The notes under the pieces: generated by a model
Seen by the model: the letters and a program-made list of their open reading frames with translations, nothing else
The model's database searches: none
Told to the model about the DNA's origin: nothing
Made by a program: the position numbers and the translations under genes
Assembly (NCBI GenBank): GCA_024413465.1
Contig: JAKSVU010000001.1
Coordinates: 159,820-223,819, forward strand
DNA: 64,000 nt
Reading direction: 5' to 3'
Source: Alphaproteobacteria bacterium
Lineage (GTDB): Bacteria > Pseudomonadota > Alphaproteobacteria > CAAGCB01 > CAG-977
Part shown: piece after piece, positions 1-9,750 of the stretch
Layout of the letters: the number at the start of each line of letters is the position of its first letter
Position numbering within the stretch: position 1 is the stretch's first letter

Positions 1-354
1 TAACTCCTCTTGAGTTGGTTCAGATGCCTTCCATTTTAATAAATCATCTTCAGATAAATTTTGTGGAGGAACTCCCTTTACAAATTTTGATGGCATCATT
101 AAACAATGGTGTATTTGCAAAAATGCTTCACCAATAATAGATAATCCTGATTCTGGTAAAAGTTTATATACTTCCGCGACACGTCCTGCTGTTGAATTTT
201 CAACTGGTATAACTGCTATATCAGCTTCATCATTGCAAACAGCTCCCATTGCATCTGAAAAAGTTAAACAACTACGATGAATATCATCAGGGAAATACTG
301 ATCACAAACCATAGAAGAAAAACAACCTTTTACACCTTGATAAGTTATTCTCAT
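1..354 (-). CDS. pheA: Prephenate dehydratase, N-terminal part only (gene continues beyond the window's left edge)
   Basis: Minus-strand translation from the ATG at 354..352 reads MRITYQGVKGCFSSMVCDQYF...DIAVIPVENSTAGRV, the PDT-domain N-terminal pattern (AYQG..G.YSE...IPIENS..G). The start overlaps the tyrA stop by 4 nt (ATGA). It is absent from the ORF track because no stop falls inside the window. Confidence 0.6.
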   Translation of the reverse strand, partial: MRITYQGVKGCFSSMVCDQYFPDDIHRSCLTFSDAMGAVCNDEADIAVIPVENSTAGRVAEVYKLLPESGLSIIGEAFLQIHHCLMMPSKFVKGVPPQNLSEDDLLKWKASEPTQEEL

Positions 355-1268
355 ATTTTTTTTCCTTTCAACAACATTTTTTCGTTTTCAGGTTGAGCTT
401 GTCCAATTTCTTCAAGTTCTTTTCTAATGACTCTTGTCCGTTTAAACCAATCGACCAACGCTTCAGAATCTCTATGTCTAATGGCTCTTTGTAACGAAGT
501 AAGATCTTCTGTAAATCTTTGTAAACAATCCAGAACTGCATTTTGATTATTCAAAAAAATATCTCTCCACATAATAGGATCAGATCCAGCAATACGAGTA
601 AAATCTCTAAAACCACCTGCTGCATATTTCAAAACATCATATTGTTCTTGCTTTTCCAAATCAGAAGCTGTTCCAACAATTGTATATGCAATCAAATGCG
701 GCAAGTGAGACATTAAAGCCATTACGACATCGTGCCTTTCTGGCGTCATAATTTCCACCTTCATTCCGATCTGTGTCCAAAGAGTAGAAACTTTTTCTAC
801 AGCTCCACGATTCGTCAATTCTGTCGGTGTTAATATACACCACCTATTTTCAAATAATTCAGCAAAACCATTTTCAGGTCCAGATTTTTCAGTTCCAGCA
901 ACAGGATGAGCAGGAACAAATGAAACAGAATCCGGAACAATAATTTTCGAAATTTTTCCTTTTACAGATCCTACATCAGATATAATTGCTTTATTTTGAA
1001 CAAAGGGAAGTATTTCTTGAATAACTTTTTCAACACTTCCTACAGGAGTACATACAACAATCAAATCACTTTTTTGAACCGGAATTATTGGACTATTATA
1101 AGCTTCATCAACAATATTTAAATCTAAAAGTTTCTTACAATTTTCTTCACTTCTAGAAACACCATAAAGCTTATTCACAAGTCCTTTATTTCTCAATGCT
1201 CTTGCTAATGAAGAACCTATTAATCCTACCCCTATAATTGTTGCAGAATGAAAAAGATTGAATGACAT
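351..1268 (-). CDS. tyrA: Prephenate/arogenate dehydrogenase
   Basis: N-terminal Rossmann motif IIGVGLIGSSLARAL, plus family-level similarity to the TyrA PDH domain. 305 aa. Confidence 0.7.
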   Translation of the reverse strand: MSFNLFHSATIIGVGLIGSSLARALRNKGLVNKLYGVSRSEENCKKLLDLNIVDEAYNSPIIPVQKSDLIVVCTPVGSVEKVIQEILPFVQNKAIISDVGSVKGKISKIIVPDSVSFVPAHPVAGTEKSGPENGFAELFENRWCILTPTELTNRGAVEKVSTLWTQIGMKVEIMTPERHDVVMALMSHLPHLIAYTIVGTASDLEKQEQYDVLKYAAGGFRDFTRIAGSDPIMWRDIFLNNQNAVLDCLQRFTEDLTSLQRAIRHRDSEALVDWFKRTRVIRKELEEIGQAQPENEKMLLKGKKI

Positions 1269-1329
1269 CTCGACTCCTGTAAATTTTCAGTTATTATAGG
1301 AATAAATTTGTTTATACGAAAGAATAAAA

Positions 1330-2037
1330 ATGCTTTTATCACAGTTTATTTTAGTTTTTTTAGTTTTTTTTACAATTCCCCTTTTTGCAAGACGTTTTGG
1401 GAAATTTATGCCAGCAGATGCAGGAACTGCCTTATACTACTCATTTCATATCTATCATATTCATAAAAAATCTAAAAAAAGTAGATTAAAAACAAGAAAT
1501 AACTTATTGAAAAGATTATTAATATCTTCTTTATTGTATGCTTTTTTTGGTATTTTTATTGCGTGTTTTATAACAACATACAATCTACCAAATTCATACA
1601 TAATTTTAGTATTTTTATGCTCTTTAATGTCCAATATTGATAATCGTTATTTTATACTACCTGATATTTTGACAATTCCACTACTAATTCTTGGTTTTTT
1701 TTATTCAACCATCAATTATATTGATATTCCGCCTACTGAATCCGCAATTGGAGCAATTTTAGGATATTTACTTCCAACTTTATCATCCTTTTTGATGTTT
1801 ATAATACATCCTTCAAAATTAGGTGGGGGTGATATTAAATTATTATCAGCTATAGGAGCTTGGTTAGGAATTGAAGGATTAATTATAACTATTTGTTTTT
1901 CTTTTATTTTCTTTTCTTTAAAAGTTCTTCTATATAAACAAAAAGAATGTGCCTACGGAAATTCCGCTCTTTTAGGAATTTTAGGTTATTTTGTCCTTAA
2001 ATATATTTTTGAAATAGAGCTGCTATTACTCATCTAA
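1330..2037 (+). CDS. A24-family prepilin peptidase-like membrane protease
   Basis: Polytopic membrane protein carrying the GGGDIKLLSAIGAWLG motif characteristic of type IV prepilin peptidases, with an upstream Asp in NIDNRYFILPD. Confidence 0.55.
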   Translation: MLLSQFILVFLVFFTIPLFARRFGKFMPADAGTALYYSFHIYHIHKKSKKSRLKTRNNLLKRLLISSLLYAFFGIFIACFITTYNLPNSYIILVFLCSLMSNIDNRYFILPDILTIPLLILGFFYSTINYIDIPPTESAIGAILGYLLPTLSSFLMFIIHPSKLGGGDIKLLSAIGAWLGIEGLIITICFSFIFFSLKVLLYKQKECAYGNSALLGILGYFVLKYIFEIELLLLI

Positions 2038-4011
2038 TTCTTCAAAAACAGCAATTCTTTCAAAAGTAAGAGGTTCTTCTTCATTTTTTTCCGCTGATTT
2101 ATCTTCATTGTAATCATTTTGAACAATATCATCTAACCAATTTTTATTTTCCTCGAATTCTTTTTCAGTCCTTTTCAGAATAAACTCAGCTTTTTTTAAG
2201 TTTTTTTGAGCAACTTCAGCCATTTTAGGTTGTCCGAGATTATCATAAACAGCAAGTGCTTCAGAAAAAACATCTACAGCTCTTCTTAAAATTGAAATAT
2301 CATGGTTTTCTTTTTCAAATAATGCAAACAATGCTGAAGCTAAATTGTTTGCTGTCCTAGCCCAAAGAATGGAATTTGCTTCCTTGTTTAAAGCAGATAA
2401 TTCTCGTTCATAAATTTCAATAGATTTCGATAAAAGTGTCGTTTTGGTACTATATGATGAAAATATCTGTAAAGTTTTCGCCAATCCATTCATAGCATCA
2501 GCCCACTTTTCAAGATTTTTTTGAGGAGTAAATGTTCCTAAAGCGTCTTTATATGATTTTATTGCATTTGCAAAATCTTGCCCATTTCCAGATTGAATTG
2601 CAATATTTTGTCGAACATTTCCAACTCTTAAATTCAAATCAGCAAAAACATCTGGTTGCATTTTTCCAGAGATAACAGAAAGAGCCTTTAAAAAAGTATT
2701 TTCTGCATCTTTTAAAGAACTTAAATCTCTATTTTTTTCACCTTCAATTTGCTGTAGCAATCCTACTTGTCTTGTAACAAAAACATATTCGGGAGCGTAT
2801 ATTGGCAATAACTTGATTGCCTCTTTATATATTTCAAATGCTATTGAAGTTTTGCTTTCCATATACCCCGACAAACCAATCAAAGATAATGCATTTGCAA
2901 AACATACCAAGTTAACCCCCTGCTCTTCAGATGACAATCCTATCATTGGCTTTTGTGCATATGGAATTAAAGAATTAAGTAAATTTGGCAAAAACAATCT
3001 TAAAATTTGTTCTTGTTCTAATCGACGTGGTACCATTGTACTCACGCAAAAAGCTTGAAACAGTTTTTGTTGTGTTTCATCCATAGAAATAGGCATAAAA
3101 AAACGCGTTCCTATGTTGTATGTTTGTTTCTGGACACCTGTATTTACAATATGGAATTCTAGGGTCCTTCCTGCGTTATCAGGTTGTGCATATAAACCAA
3201 AATCCGCTTCATATTGATCTATCCAAGAAAGCATCTGTAATCTAGCTCTTTCATAACCAACATCCAAAATAGGTTTGTCAATTAAATGAACTTGCAAATT
3301 TGGAATTGTTTTTAAAATTTCATATAACGATAAAACTATTTTATTATCAGTATCTCCATCAATTTGGGCAAGCAATAAAATTGGACCAAAAGCTACAGGT
3401 ATTTTATTTTGATTTTCTTGAAACCATTGTGTTAAAGACGATTTTTTAGCATCAGCAGATAGTATGATTGGAGAATTTTTTAACGGTTGAACTGTTCTAT
3501 GTAACGGCTCTACCTTTACCAAAGCCTGATTATCGCTATGCTTAACCTGAACTTCATTTTTCGATTCGTTTTTAGATAATTGTTTCCTTTTATTTTTAAC
3601 AGGAGAAACACTTTCCTCCGTAAAATCATTTAAATCAAAATCTCCATCATTTGAATCAAAATTGAGATTAAATTCATCATCAAACGTCGGAGCTAATGCC
3701 CCTTTTTTTTGTTTATTTAAAATAAACTCTTCTCTACTTTGAACCTCAACAATAACATCCGTCAATGCTTTAGCTGTCTTCGAATAAAATCCTTCATTAA
3801 GTAAATCATCTTCTCCCAAAATTTGATTTACAGTTTTCGATCCTATTCTTCTTCCTGTACCAGTTGGAGAATCAAATAAATCAACTTTACCTTCTTCTAT
3901 GGTAAAAATATTCTCACAGGTTTCACCTTTTTTAAAAAGAATCTCACCTTTTGAAAATTTTTTTTCTTTTTTTGACATTTTTTTCCTCAAACGTGGTAAA
4001 AGTAACGACAA
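2026..4011 (-). CDS. Cyclic-nucleotide-binding-domain protein with a long alpha-helical, TPR-like C-terminal region
   Basis: N-terminal GEILFKKGETCENIFTIEEGKVDL resembles the cNMP-binding fold signature (GE.lf.qGd.....y.i..G.v.l). The rest is helical repeat-like sequence with no recognisable catalytic motif. Confidence 0.4.
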   Translation of the reverse strand: MSLLLPRLRKKMSKKEKKFSKGEILFKKGETCENIFTIEEGKVDLFDSPTGTGRRIGSKTVNQILGEDDLLNEGFYSKTAKALTDVIVEVQSREEFILNKQKKGALAPTFDDEFNLNFDSNDGDFDLNDFTEESVSPVKNKRKQLSKNESKNEVQVKHSDNQALVKVEPLHRTVQPLKNSPIILSADAKKSSLTQWFQENQNKIPVAFGPILLLAQIDGDTDNKIVLSLYEILKTIPNLQVHLIDKPILDVGYERARLQMLSWIDQYEADFGLYAQPDNAGRTLEFHIVNTGVQKQTYNIGTRFFMPISMDETQQKLFQAFCVSTMVPRRLEQEQILRLFLPNLLNSLIPYAQKPMIGLSSEEQGVNLVCFANALSLIGLSGYMESKTSIAFEIYKEAIKLLPIYAPEYVFVTRQVGLLQQIEGEKNRDLSSLKDAENTFLKALSVISGKMQPDVFADLNLRVGNVRQNIAIQSGNGQDFANAIKSYKDALGTFTPQKNLEKWADAMNGLAKTLQIFSSYSTKTTLLSKSIEIYERELSALNKEANSILWARTANNLASALFALFEKENHDISILRRAVDVFSEALAVYDNLGQPKMAEVAQKNLKKAEFILKRTEKEFEENKNWLDDIVQNDYNEDKSAEKNEEEPLTFERIAVFEELDE

Positions 4012-4044
4012 AAAATATATTAAACAAGCTTAAAAGGAAACGCT

Positions 4045-5238
4045 ATGAAAAATTTTAATTTTCCAGAAATAAAATTAAAACCAGGAAATAATCGTCGAAT
4101 AAAACAAGGATGTCCTTGGGCTTTTTCAAATGAAATTGAAATTACACCTGAAACAAAACAAATTCCTTCTGGTTCAATTGTTTGTCTAAAAGATTCCTGT
4201 GATAAATTTGTTGGATTAGGATCTTTTAATGTTCATTCTTTAATTTCTTTTAGAAAATTTGCATCTGATATCCAAACAGAAATAAATACAGATTTTTTTA
4301 TAAAAAGAATAAAGCGTGCAGTTACACTTCGCGATTTAACGATAAATTCTCCTTTTTATAGACTTATTCATTCCGAAGCAGACGGTTTACCTGGTTTGAT
4401 TGTAGATCGTTTTGATGACATAATTGCTTGCCAGATAAATACAGCAGGAATGGATAATTTAAAAAATGAAATCATATCTGCTTTAGATCAAGTACTTTCT
4501 CCCAAATGTATTGTTTTACGTTCTGAAAACAGTGCAAGAAGTTTAGAAGACTTAGAACCTCTTTTTGAAGTAGTCAAAGGAAATTTGCCAGAAGTAGTTC
4601 CAGTATGTGAAAATGGTATATATTTTTATGCAGATTTAAAAGATGGTCAAAAAACAGGATGGTTTTATGATCAAAGAAATAACAGAGCCTTTATTGGTAG
4701 ATTAGCTTCCAAAAGACGTTGTATTGATTTTTATACGTACGCTGGCGGTTTTGCTTTACATATGGGAATTGGACATGCAACTCATGTTATTGGTGTTGAT
4801 CGATCAGATATAGCCCTTAATCTAGCACAAAAAGCTGCATTAAAAAATAATTTAGCAGAAACAACCTCTTGGATAAAAGATAACGCATTTGATGTGTTGG
4901 AGGAAATGAATCAAGACAAAGAAAAATTTGGTATTGTTGTTTGCGATCCACCTGCTTTTGCTAAAAATAAAAAAGATATTGCAGCCGGATTAAGAGGTTA
5001 TAGAAAAATGTCCAAGTTAGCAGCTGGTATTGTAGAAAAAGACGGTTTCTTAGCCCTAGGTTCTTGTTCACATCACGTAAATCCTGAACAATTTTTAAAT
5101 GAATGTACAAAAGGAATTTTTGAAGCAGGAAAAACAGGAAGATTAATCTATCAAGCAGGGGCTGGCCCTGATCACCCTATTCATCCTCAACTTCCAGAAA
5201 CTGCTTATTTAAAAATGCTTGTATTTCAATTGGATTAA
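4045..5238 (+). CDS. rlmI: 23S rRNA m5C1962 methyltransferase RlmI-like (PUA domain plus class I SAM-dependent methyltransferase)
   Basis: RRIKQGCPWAFSNEIE, YRLIHSEADGLPGLIVDRF, GQKTGWFYDQRNNR and VVCDPPAF match the conserved blocks of E. coli RlmI/YccW. Length is 397 aa. Confidence 0.7.
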   Translation: MKNFNFPEIKLKPGNNRRIKQGCPWAFSNEIEITPETKQIPSGSIVCLKDSCDKFVGLGSFNVHSLISFRKFASDIQTEINTDFFIKRIKRAVTLRDLTINSPFYRLIHSEADGLPGLIVDRFDDIIACQINTAGMDNLKNEIISALDQVLSPKCIVLRSENSARSLEDLEPLFEVVKGNLPEVVPVCENGIYFYADLKDGQKTGWFYDQRNNRAFIGRLASKRRCIDFYTYAGGFALHMGIGHATHVIGVDRSDIALNLAQKAALKNNLAETTSWIKDNAFDVLEEMNQDKEKFGIVVCDPPAFAKNKKDIAAGLRGYRKMSKLAAGIVEKDGFLALGSCSHHVNPEQFLNECTKGIFEAGKTGRLIYQAGAGPDHPIHPQLPETAYLKMLVFQLD

Positions 5239-6670
5239 TCAAATGAATAATTATGATTTAGTTGACAAATTTATATTTAATAACATTGATAGATTAGAAG
5301 CGAAAAAAATCGTATCAAAAGCTTTATCTTCTTTTGAGGATGGTGAACTGTTTAGTGAATACTCTCTTTTTGAAAATATTACTCTTGATGAAAGTAAAAT
5401 AAAATATTCAACATATAATGTTCAATCTGGATTTTGTTTAAGGGCAATTTTGGGAGATACTTTTGCAAACTGCATTTCTGATGATATTTCTAGAAAATCA
5501 TTAAATTTTGCTATTTCAAATTTATCACCATTAAAGTGCAATCCAACACAAAGAAGCACCTACACAAAAGTTTTAAATAAAATTGAAAAATTTTATACAA
5601 CTGAAAACCCTTTATCACAGATTTCATATAAAGAAAAAATACACTTACTAAATGAAATAGATAAATATATTCGAAACAAGGAATCAAAAATTACCCAAGT
5701 TAATTCTTCTTTAGTTGGTTCTTGGAAAATTGTTCATATTATTCAATCAGATGGTAGTGAACAGATTGATATTCGTCCTCAAGTTCAATTTCGAATAGGT
5801 GTTGTCGCAAAAGATAAAGATAAAACAGAAGCAGGCTCCTGTGGAAACGGTGGACGTTTTCTCTATTCAAATATTATAAATGAAGAAAATTGGAAACAGA
5901 TGGCAGACGAAGCAATTCGCATGGCATTAGTAAATTTAGAGGCCAATATTTCTCCTACAGGAGAAATGCCTGTCATACTAGGATGTGGATGGAGTGGCGT
6001 TCTTCTTCATGAGGCTGTTGGACATGGATTAGAAGGAGATTTTAATAGAAAAAAAACTTCTGTTTATTCCGGGAAAATTGGAGAACAAGTTACTGCTAAA
6101 AATATAACAATAGTTGATGATGGAACTATTTTAAATAGAAGAGGTTCTATAAATATTGATGATGAAGGAACTCCTACCCAAAGGACAATTTTGGTAGAAG
6201 ATGGTATTTTAAAAAATTACATGACTGATAAGATTAATGCAAAATTATTAGGCGTTCAATCAACAGGGAATGGTCGCAGAGAATCTTACTTGTACGCTCC
6301 TCAAGTTCGCATGACGAATACTTTTATGCTAGGTGGAGAAAAAACGCATGATGAATTAATTTCATCAGTTCAAAAGGGTATCTATGCAAAATCTTTTACA
6401 GGTGGACAAGTTGATATTTCCTCTGGAAAATTCGTTTTTACAACAAATGAAGCATACGTAATACAAAATGGAAAAATTGATACTCCAATAAAAAATGCAA
6501 CATTAATTGGAAGTGGTTTTGAGGTAATGAATAATATTGACCTAATTGCAAATAATTCATGCCTTGATGATGGAATTGGTTCTTGTGGAAAAGGTGGTCA
6601 AATGGTTCCTGTTGGTGTCGGTATGCCATCTGTTAGGATAAAAAATATAACTGTTGGTGGTAAAGATTAA
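5219..6670 (+). CDS. tldD: Metalloprotease TldD
   Basis: HEAVGHGLEGDFN metal-binding signature and GSCGKGGQ C-terminal block. The true start is probably the ATG at 5243 (MNNYDLV...), 4 nt after the rlmI stop. Confidence 0.85.
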   Translation: MYFNWINQMNNYDLVDKFIFNNIDRLEAKKIVSKALSSFEDGELFSEYSLFENITLDESKIKYSTYNVQSGFCLRAILGDTFANCISDDISRKSLNFAISNLSPLKCNPTQRSTYTKVLNKIEKFYTTENPLSQISYKEKIHLLNEIDKYIRNKESKITQVNSSLVGSWKIVHIIQSDGSEQIDIRPQVQFRIGVVAKDKDKTEAGSCGNGGRFLYSNIINEENWKQMADEAIRMALVNLEANISPTGEMPVILGCGWSGVLLHEAVGHGLEGDFNRKKTSVYSGKIGEQVTAKNITIVDDGTILNRRGSINIDDEGTPTQRTILVEDGILKNYMTDKINAKLLGVQSTGNGRRESYLYAPQVRMTNTFMLGGEKTHDELISSVQKGIYAKSFTGGQVDISSGKFVFTTNEAYVIQNGKIDTPIKNATLIGSGFEVMNNIDLIANNSCLDDGIGSCGKGGQMVPVGVGMPSVRIKNITVGGKD

Positions 6671-8463
6671 TGAATTTTTACAGTAAATATGAAAAATATT
6701 TCATTTTGTTATTATTTTTATGCGTAGAACTACCTATTTTTACGCAATTAATACCTCGTTATCAAGATACCGATAATTATACCCACGCTATTAGAATTAT
6801 TGATTTAATTACTTCTAAGCAATGGGCTGAAACTCCATACATGCACACAAATTATCCTTTTGGTGAAATTTTGCATTTTACTAGAATTACAGATATTTGT
6901 TGGATTATTTGCTCACTTTTTCTCTTTCCATTTTTTACTCTAAAAAATGCTGTTTTTTTTGGTGGAATAAGCTATCAGGCAATATTTTTATTAGGATGCT
7001 TATATGCAATTGTATGGTCTTTAAAAAAATTTTTTTCACCTTTTTGTAGATTGCTGGCAGTCATCCTATTTTTAGTACAACCTCAAGTTGTCGATGTCTT
7101 TATGTTAACAAGACCTGACCATCATATTCTTACTGCTTTTTTTTCAATACTAACTTTTGGTGGTATTATTCGCATTATAAATCACGAAAAAAAATATATT
7201 TGGAGAACTGCTTTATATGCTGCGTTAGGAATTTGGGTATCATTTGAAGGTTTAGCTATAATTTCCCTTTTATCTTTTTGCTTAGCAAGTTTGTGGCTAT
7301 TATCATACCACCCTGTTTCTGATTTAAAAAATTTATTTTTATATCTTACTATTTTTTGTTTAATATTTTTAACAATCAACCCTCCTTATGAAGGTTTCTT
7401 TTTTCCAGATAACGCTCGTTTTTCTTGGTTATTTGTCGTATCTTTTTCTTTTGCCACGATTTCGTTTTACATCTGCGAAAAAACATCTCCAAATAATTTT
7501 TTTTCAAAAATTTTTTTATTATCAAATTGTTCTATTTTCTCATTTTTTATACTAATTTTGTGTTTTTCTTTTAACGCTGTTTTTGCTTGTTGGTTTCCAC
7601 CTTTTATAAAATTAAATTGGGCAAATTTTATTTCAGAATTACAACCAGCAACATCTTCTTCAATATCTTTAAAGTTATGTTTAATTTCTCCGATACTAAG
7701 CATTATAGCTTTCTGTCTATGTATAAAAAAAATCACATTATTTGAAAGAAAAATTATAATACATGCTATTTTCCCAACAATTATCTTTACAATTTTAAGT
7801 TGTTTATCTGTTCGTTATGCAAGATTGGCTTCACCTTTTTTAATTTATCCAATTATTATCTTTATAAAAAAACATTTTGAAAATATACAATTACCTAAGA
7901 AATTCAATTATTCAAAAGCTTTTTATTCTTTTTTATTTTTCTCAATATTACTTATTTTATATAATAATTTTACCACTTACAAATTAATAAAAATGAATAT
8001 TCATACATCTATTTCTGTGATTACACCCTATCTTTCCGAAAAAAAAGAAGCTTTACTTATGGAAAATTCTTTTGGTCCTGAAGCTATTTGGGAAACAGGA
8101 TTACCTGTAATTTCAGCACCATACCACAGAAACATAGAGGGAATCGCTGACAATATTTATATTCTCGAAGATGAAAATATGAACAACGTAGTATTCTTAT
8201 TAAAAAAACATAGAGTTTCTGATATTGCTATATACATGGGATCACAAAATAATCCAAATATTTTAATGTTTGACTGGAGAGAAAGAGAACTTTTTGGTTT
8301 ATTTAATAAAAAGAAAGATACCCTATTCCCCAGATTAATCAGAGGAATAGATGTTCCCTGTGGCTTTAAACAAGTAAAAGAAATACCTTTTCCTTGGCTT
8401 ATCTATCATGTTGATTTTTCAGAATGTTCTTCTGATGATTTTTCAATCAAACCTAAAAATTGA
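6670..8463 (+). CDS. Polytopic integral membrane protein, possibly a GT-C-type glycosyltransferase (ArnT/PMT-like)
   Basis: About 12 predicted TM helices. A periplasmic loop (YQDTDNY) sits near the N-terminus and a ~150-aa soluble C-terminal domain follows. The start overlaps the tldD stop (TAATG). Confidence 0.3.
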   Translation: MNFYSKYEKYFILLLFLCVELPIFTQLIPRYQDTDNYTHAIRIIDLITSKQWAETPYMHTNYPFGEILHFTRITDICWIICSLFLFPFFTLKNAVFFGGISYQAIFLLGCLYAIVWSLKKFFSPFCRLLAVILFLVQPQVVDVFMLTRPDHHILTAFFSILTFGGIIRIINHEKKYIWRTALYAALGIWVSFEGLAIISLLSFCLASLWLLSYHPVSDLKNLFLYLTIFCLIFLTINPPYEGFFFPDNARFSWLFVVSFSFATISFYICEKTSPNNFFSKIFLLSNCSIFSFFILILCFSFNAVFACWFPPFIKLNWANFISELQPATSSSISLKLCLISPILSIIAFCLCIKKITLFERKIIIHAIFPTIIFTILSCLSVRYARLASPFLIYPIIIFIKKHFENIQLPKKFNYSKAFYSFLFFSILLILYNNFTTYKLIKMNIHTSISVITPYLSEKKEALLMENSFGPEAIWETGLPVISAPYHRNIEGIADNIYILEDENMNNVVFLLKKHRVSDIAIYMGSQNNPNILMFDWRERELFGLFNKKKDTLFPRLIRGIDVPCGFKQVKEIPFPWLIYHVDFSECSSDDFSIKPKN

Positions 8464-9623
8464 GCCAATTCTGCCAAAGTTTTTCCTTGAAATAAAAGTG
8501 AAATCAAAACAATAAAGAAAATTCTATTGAATATTCCTTGTGCACCTTCAATACCCTTCATTGATGGTAATGTTGCTAATATAATTGGAACAGCACCTTT
8601 TAATCCAGCCCAACTGATGAATATTTTTTCACAAAAATTATACGAACTTCCTATTAAACAAATAAAAACAGCTATCGGTCTTGAAATAAAAATTAAACAA
8701 ACAGTTAAATCCAAACTATTTAAAAATACACTGGATAATTCATTTGGATTAACTAATAAGCCTAATGTCAAAAACATTACAATTTGCCAAATCCAAGACA
8801 ACGATGACTGAAATTGAACAAATGGATTATGATATGGGAATGACGAATTTCCGATTATCATTCCTGATATATAAAGCGCCAAATATCCATTACCATGAAT
8901 CATCTGTGTACAACTATATGTTAAACATATAACAGAAACTCCAAAAACAGGATACAAACCTTGATATACGAAATTCCATTTTTTTAAAATTAATACTGCA
9001 ATTTTTCCAAAAAAAACACCGCTAGCAATTCCTAATCCTAATTGTAATAGTAAGGAACCTATAATTTCCGATGTTCCCATTGAAGTCCCTGTTAACATAG
9101 AAAGAACACAAACTGATAATATAACAGCCATGGGATCATTTGAACCTGATTCATATTCTAGCAAAGATTTCATTTTTTCATTTTTTAAATCTAATTTATT
9201 TTGACGCAATAATGTAAAAACTGCAGGAGCATCTGTTGATGATAAAATAACACTAATCAGTAACGACATTGTTTTATCCATTTTTAAAATATAAAAACAA
9301 CACCCATACATAACAAAAGCCGTTAAAGCCACGCCTATTGTTGATAAAACACTTCCTCTGAATAAAACAGATTTAACAGATTTCCATTCTGTTTCTAGAC
9401 CACCGGAAAACAAAATAAAAGCCAATGCTAATGTTCCAATATTGTTTGTTGCTTCCGCTGAATCAAATTTGAACCCAGCACCATCAACGCCTGCTAGCAT
9501 TCCTAAAATTAAAAATATTAATAATGATGGAAGACCTGTATTTATTGAAATTTTATTTGCAAAAACGCTTAATAAAAGTAAGGCTCCGGCAACAGCCATT
9601 AATAACTCTAGACTCATAGACAA
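8406..9623 (-). CDS. Monovalent cation:proton antiporter (CPA1/NhaP-type Na+/H+ exchanger)
   Basis: 10-11 TM helices with the Na_H_Exchanger-like blocks SGSNDPMAVILS and TDAPAVFTLL. The convergent 3' end overlaps the previous gene by ~58 nt. Confidence 0.65.
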   Translation of the reverse strand: MSMSLELLMAVAGALLLLSVFANKISINTGLPSLLIFLILGMLAGVDGAGFKFDSAEATNNIGTLALAFILFSGGLETEWKSVKSVLFRGSVLSTIGVALTAFVMYGCCFYILKMDKTMSLLISVILSSTDAPAVFTLLRQNKLDLKNEKMKSLLEYESGSNDPMAVILSVCVLSMLTGTSMGTSEIIGSLLLQLGLGIASGVFFGKIAVLILKKWNFVYQGLYPVFGVSVICLTYSCTQMIHGNGYLALYISGMIIGNSSFPYHNPFVQFQSSLSWIWQIVMFLTLGLLVNPNELSSVFLNSLDLTVCLIFISRPIAVFICLIGSSYNFCEKIFISWAGLKGAVPIILATLPSMKGIEGAQGIFNRIFFIVLISLLFQGKTLAELAQFLGLIEKSSEEHSEKST

Positions 9624-9702
9624 ACCTCCTATTTTTTTATAAATAATCTACATGAGCTGAAATTAGAGTAACAAAGAAAAAAAATTATTTCAATAAATTT
9701 AT

Positions 9703-9741
9703 AAAAAAAAATCAAAGACTTCCTTGTCTTTGATTTTTTTA
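9703..9741. terminator. Rho-independent terminator downstream of gltX
   Basis: Hairpin atcaaagac-ttcctt-gtctttgat flanked by A and T runs. Confidence 0.5.
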
Positions 9742-9750
9742 TAATTAATT

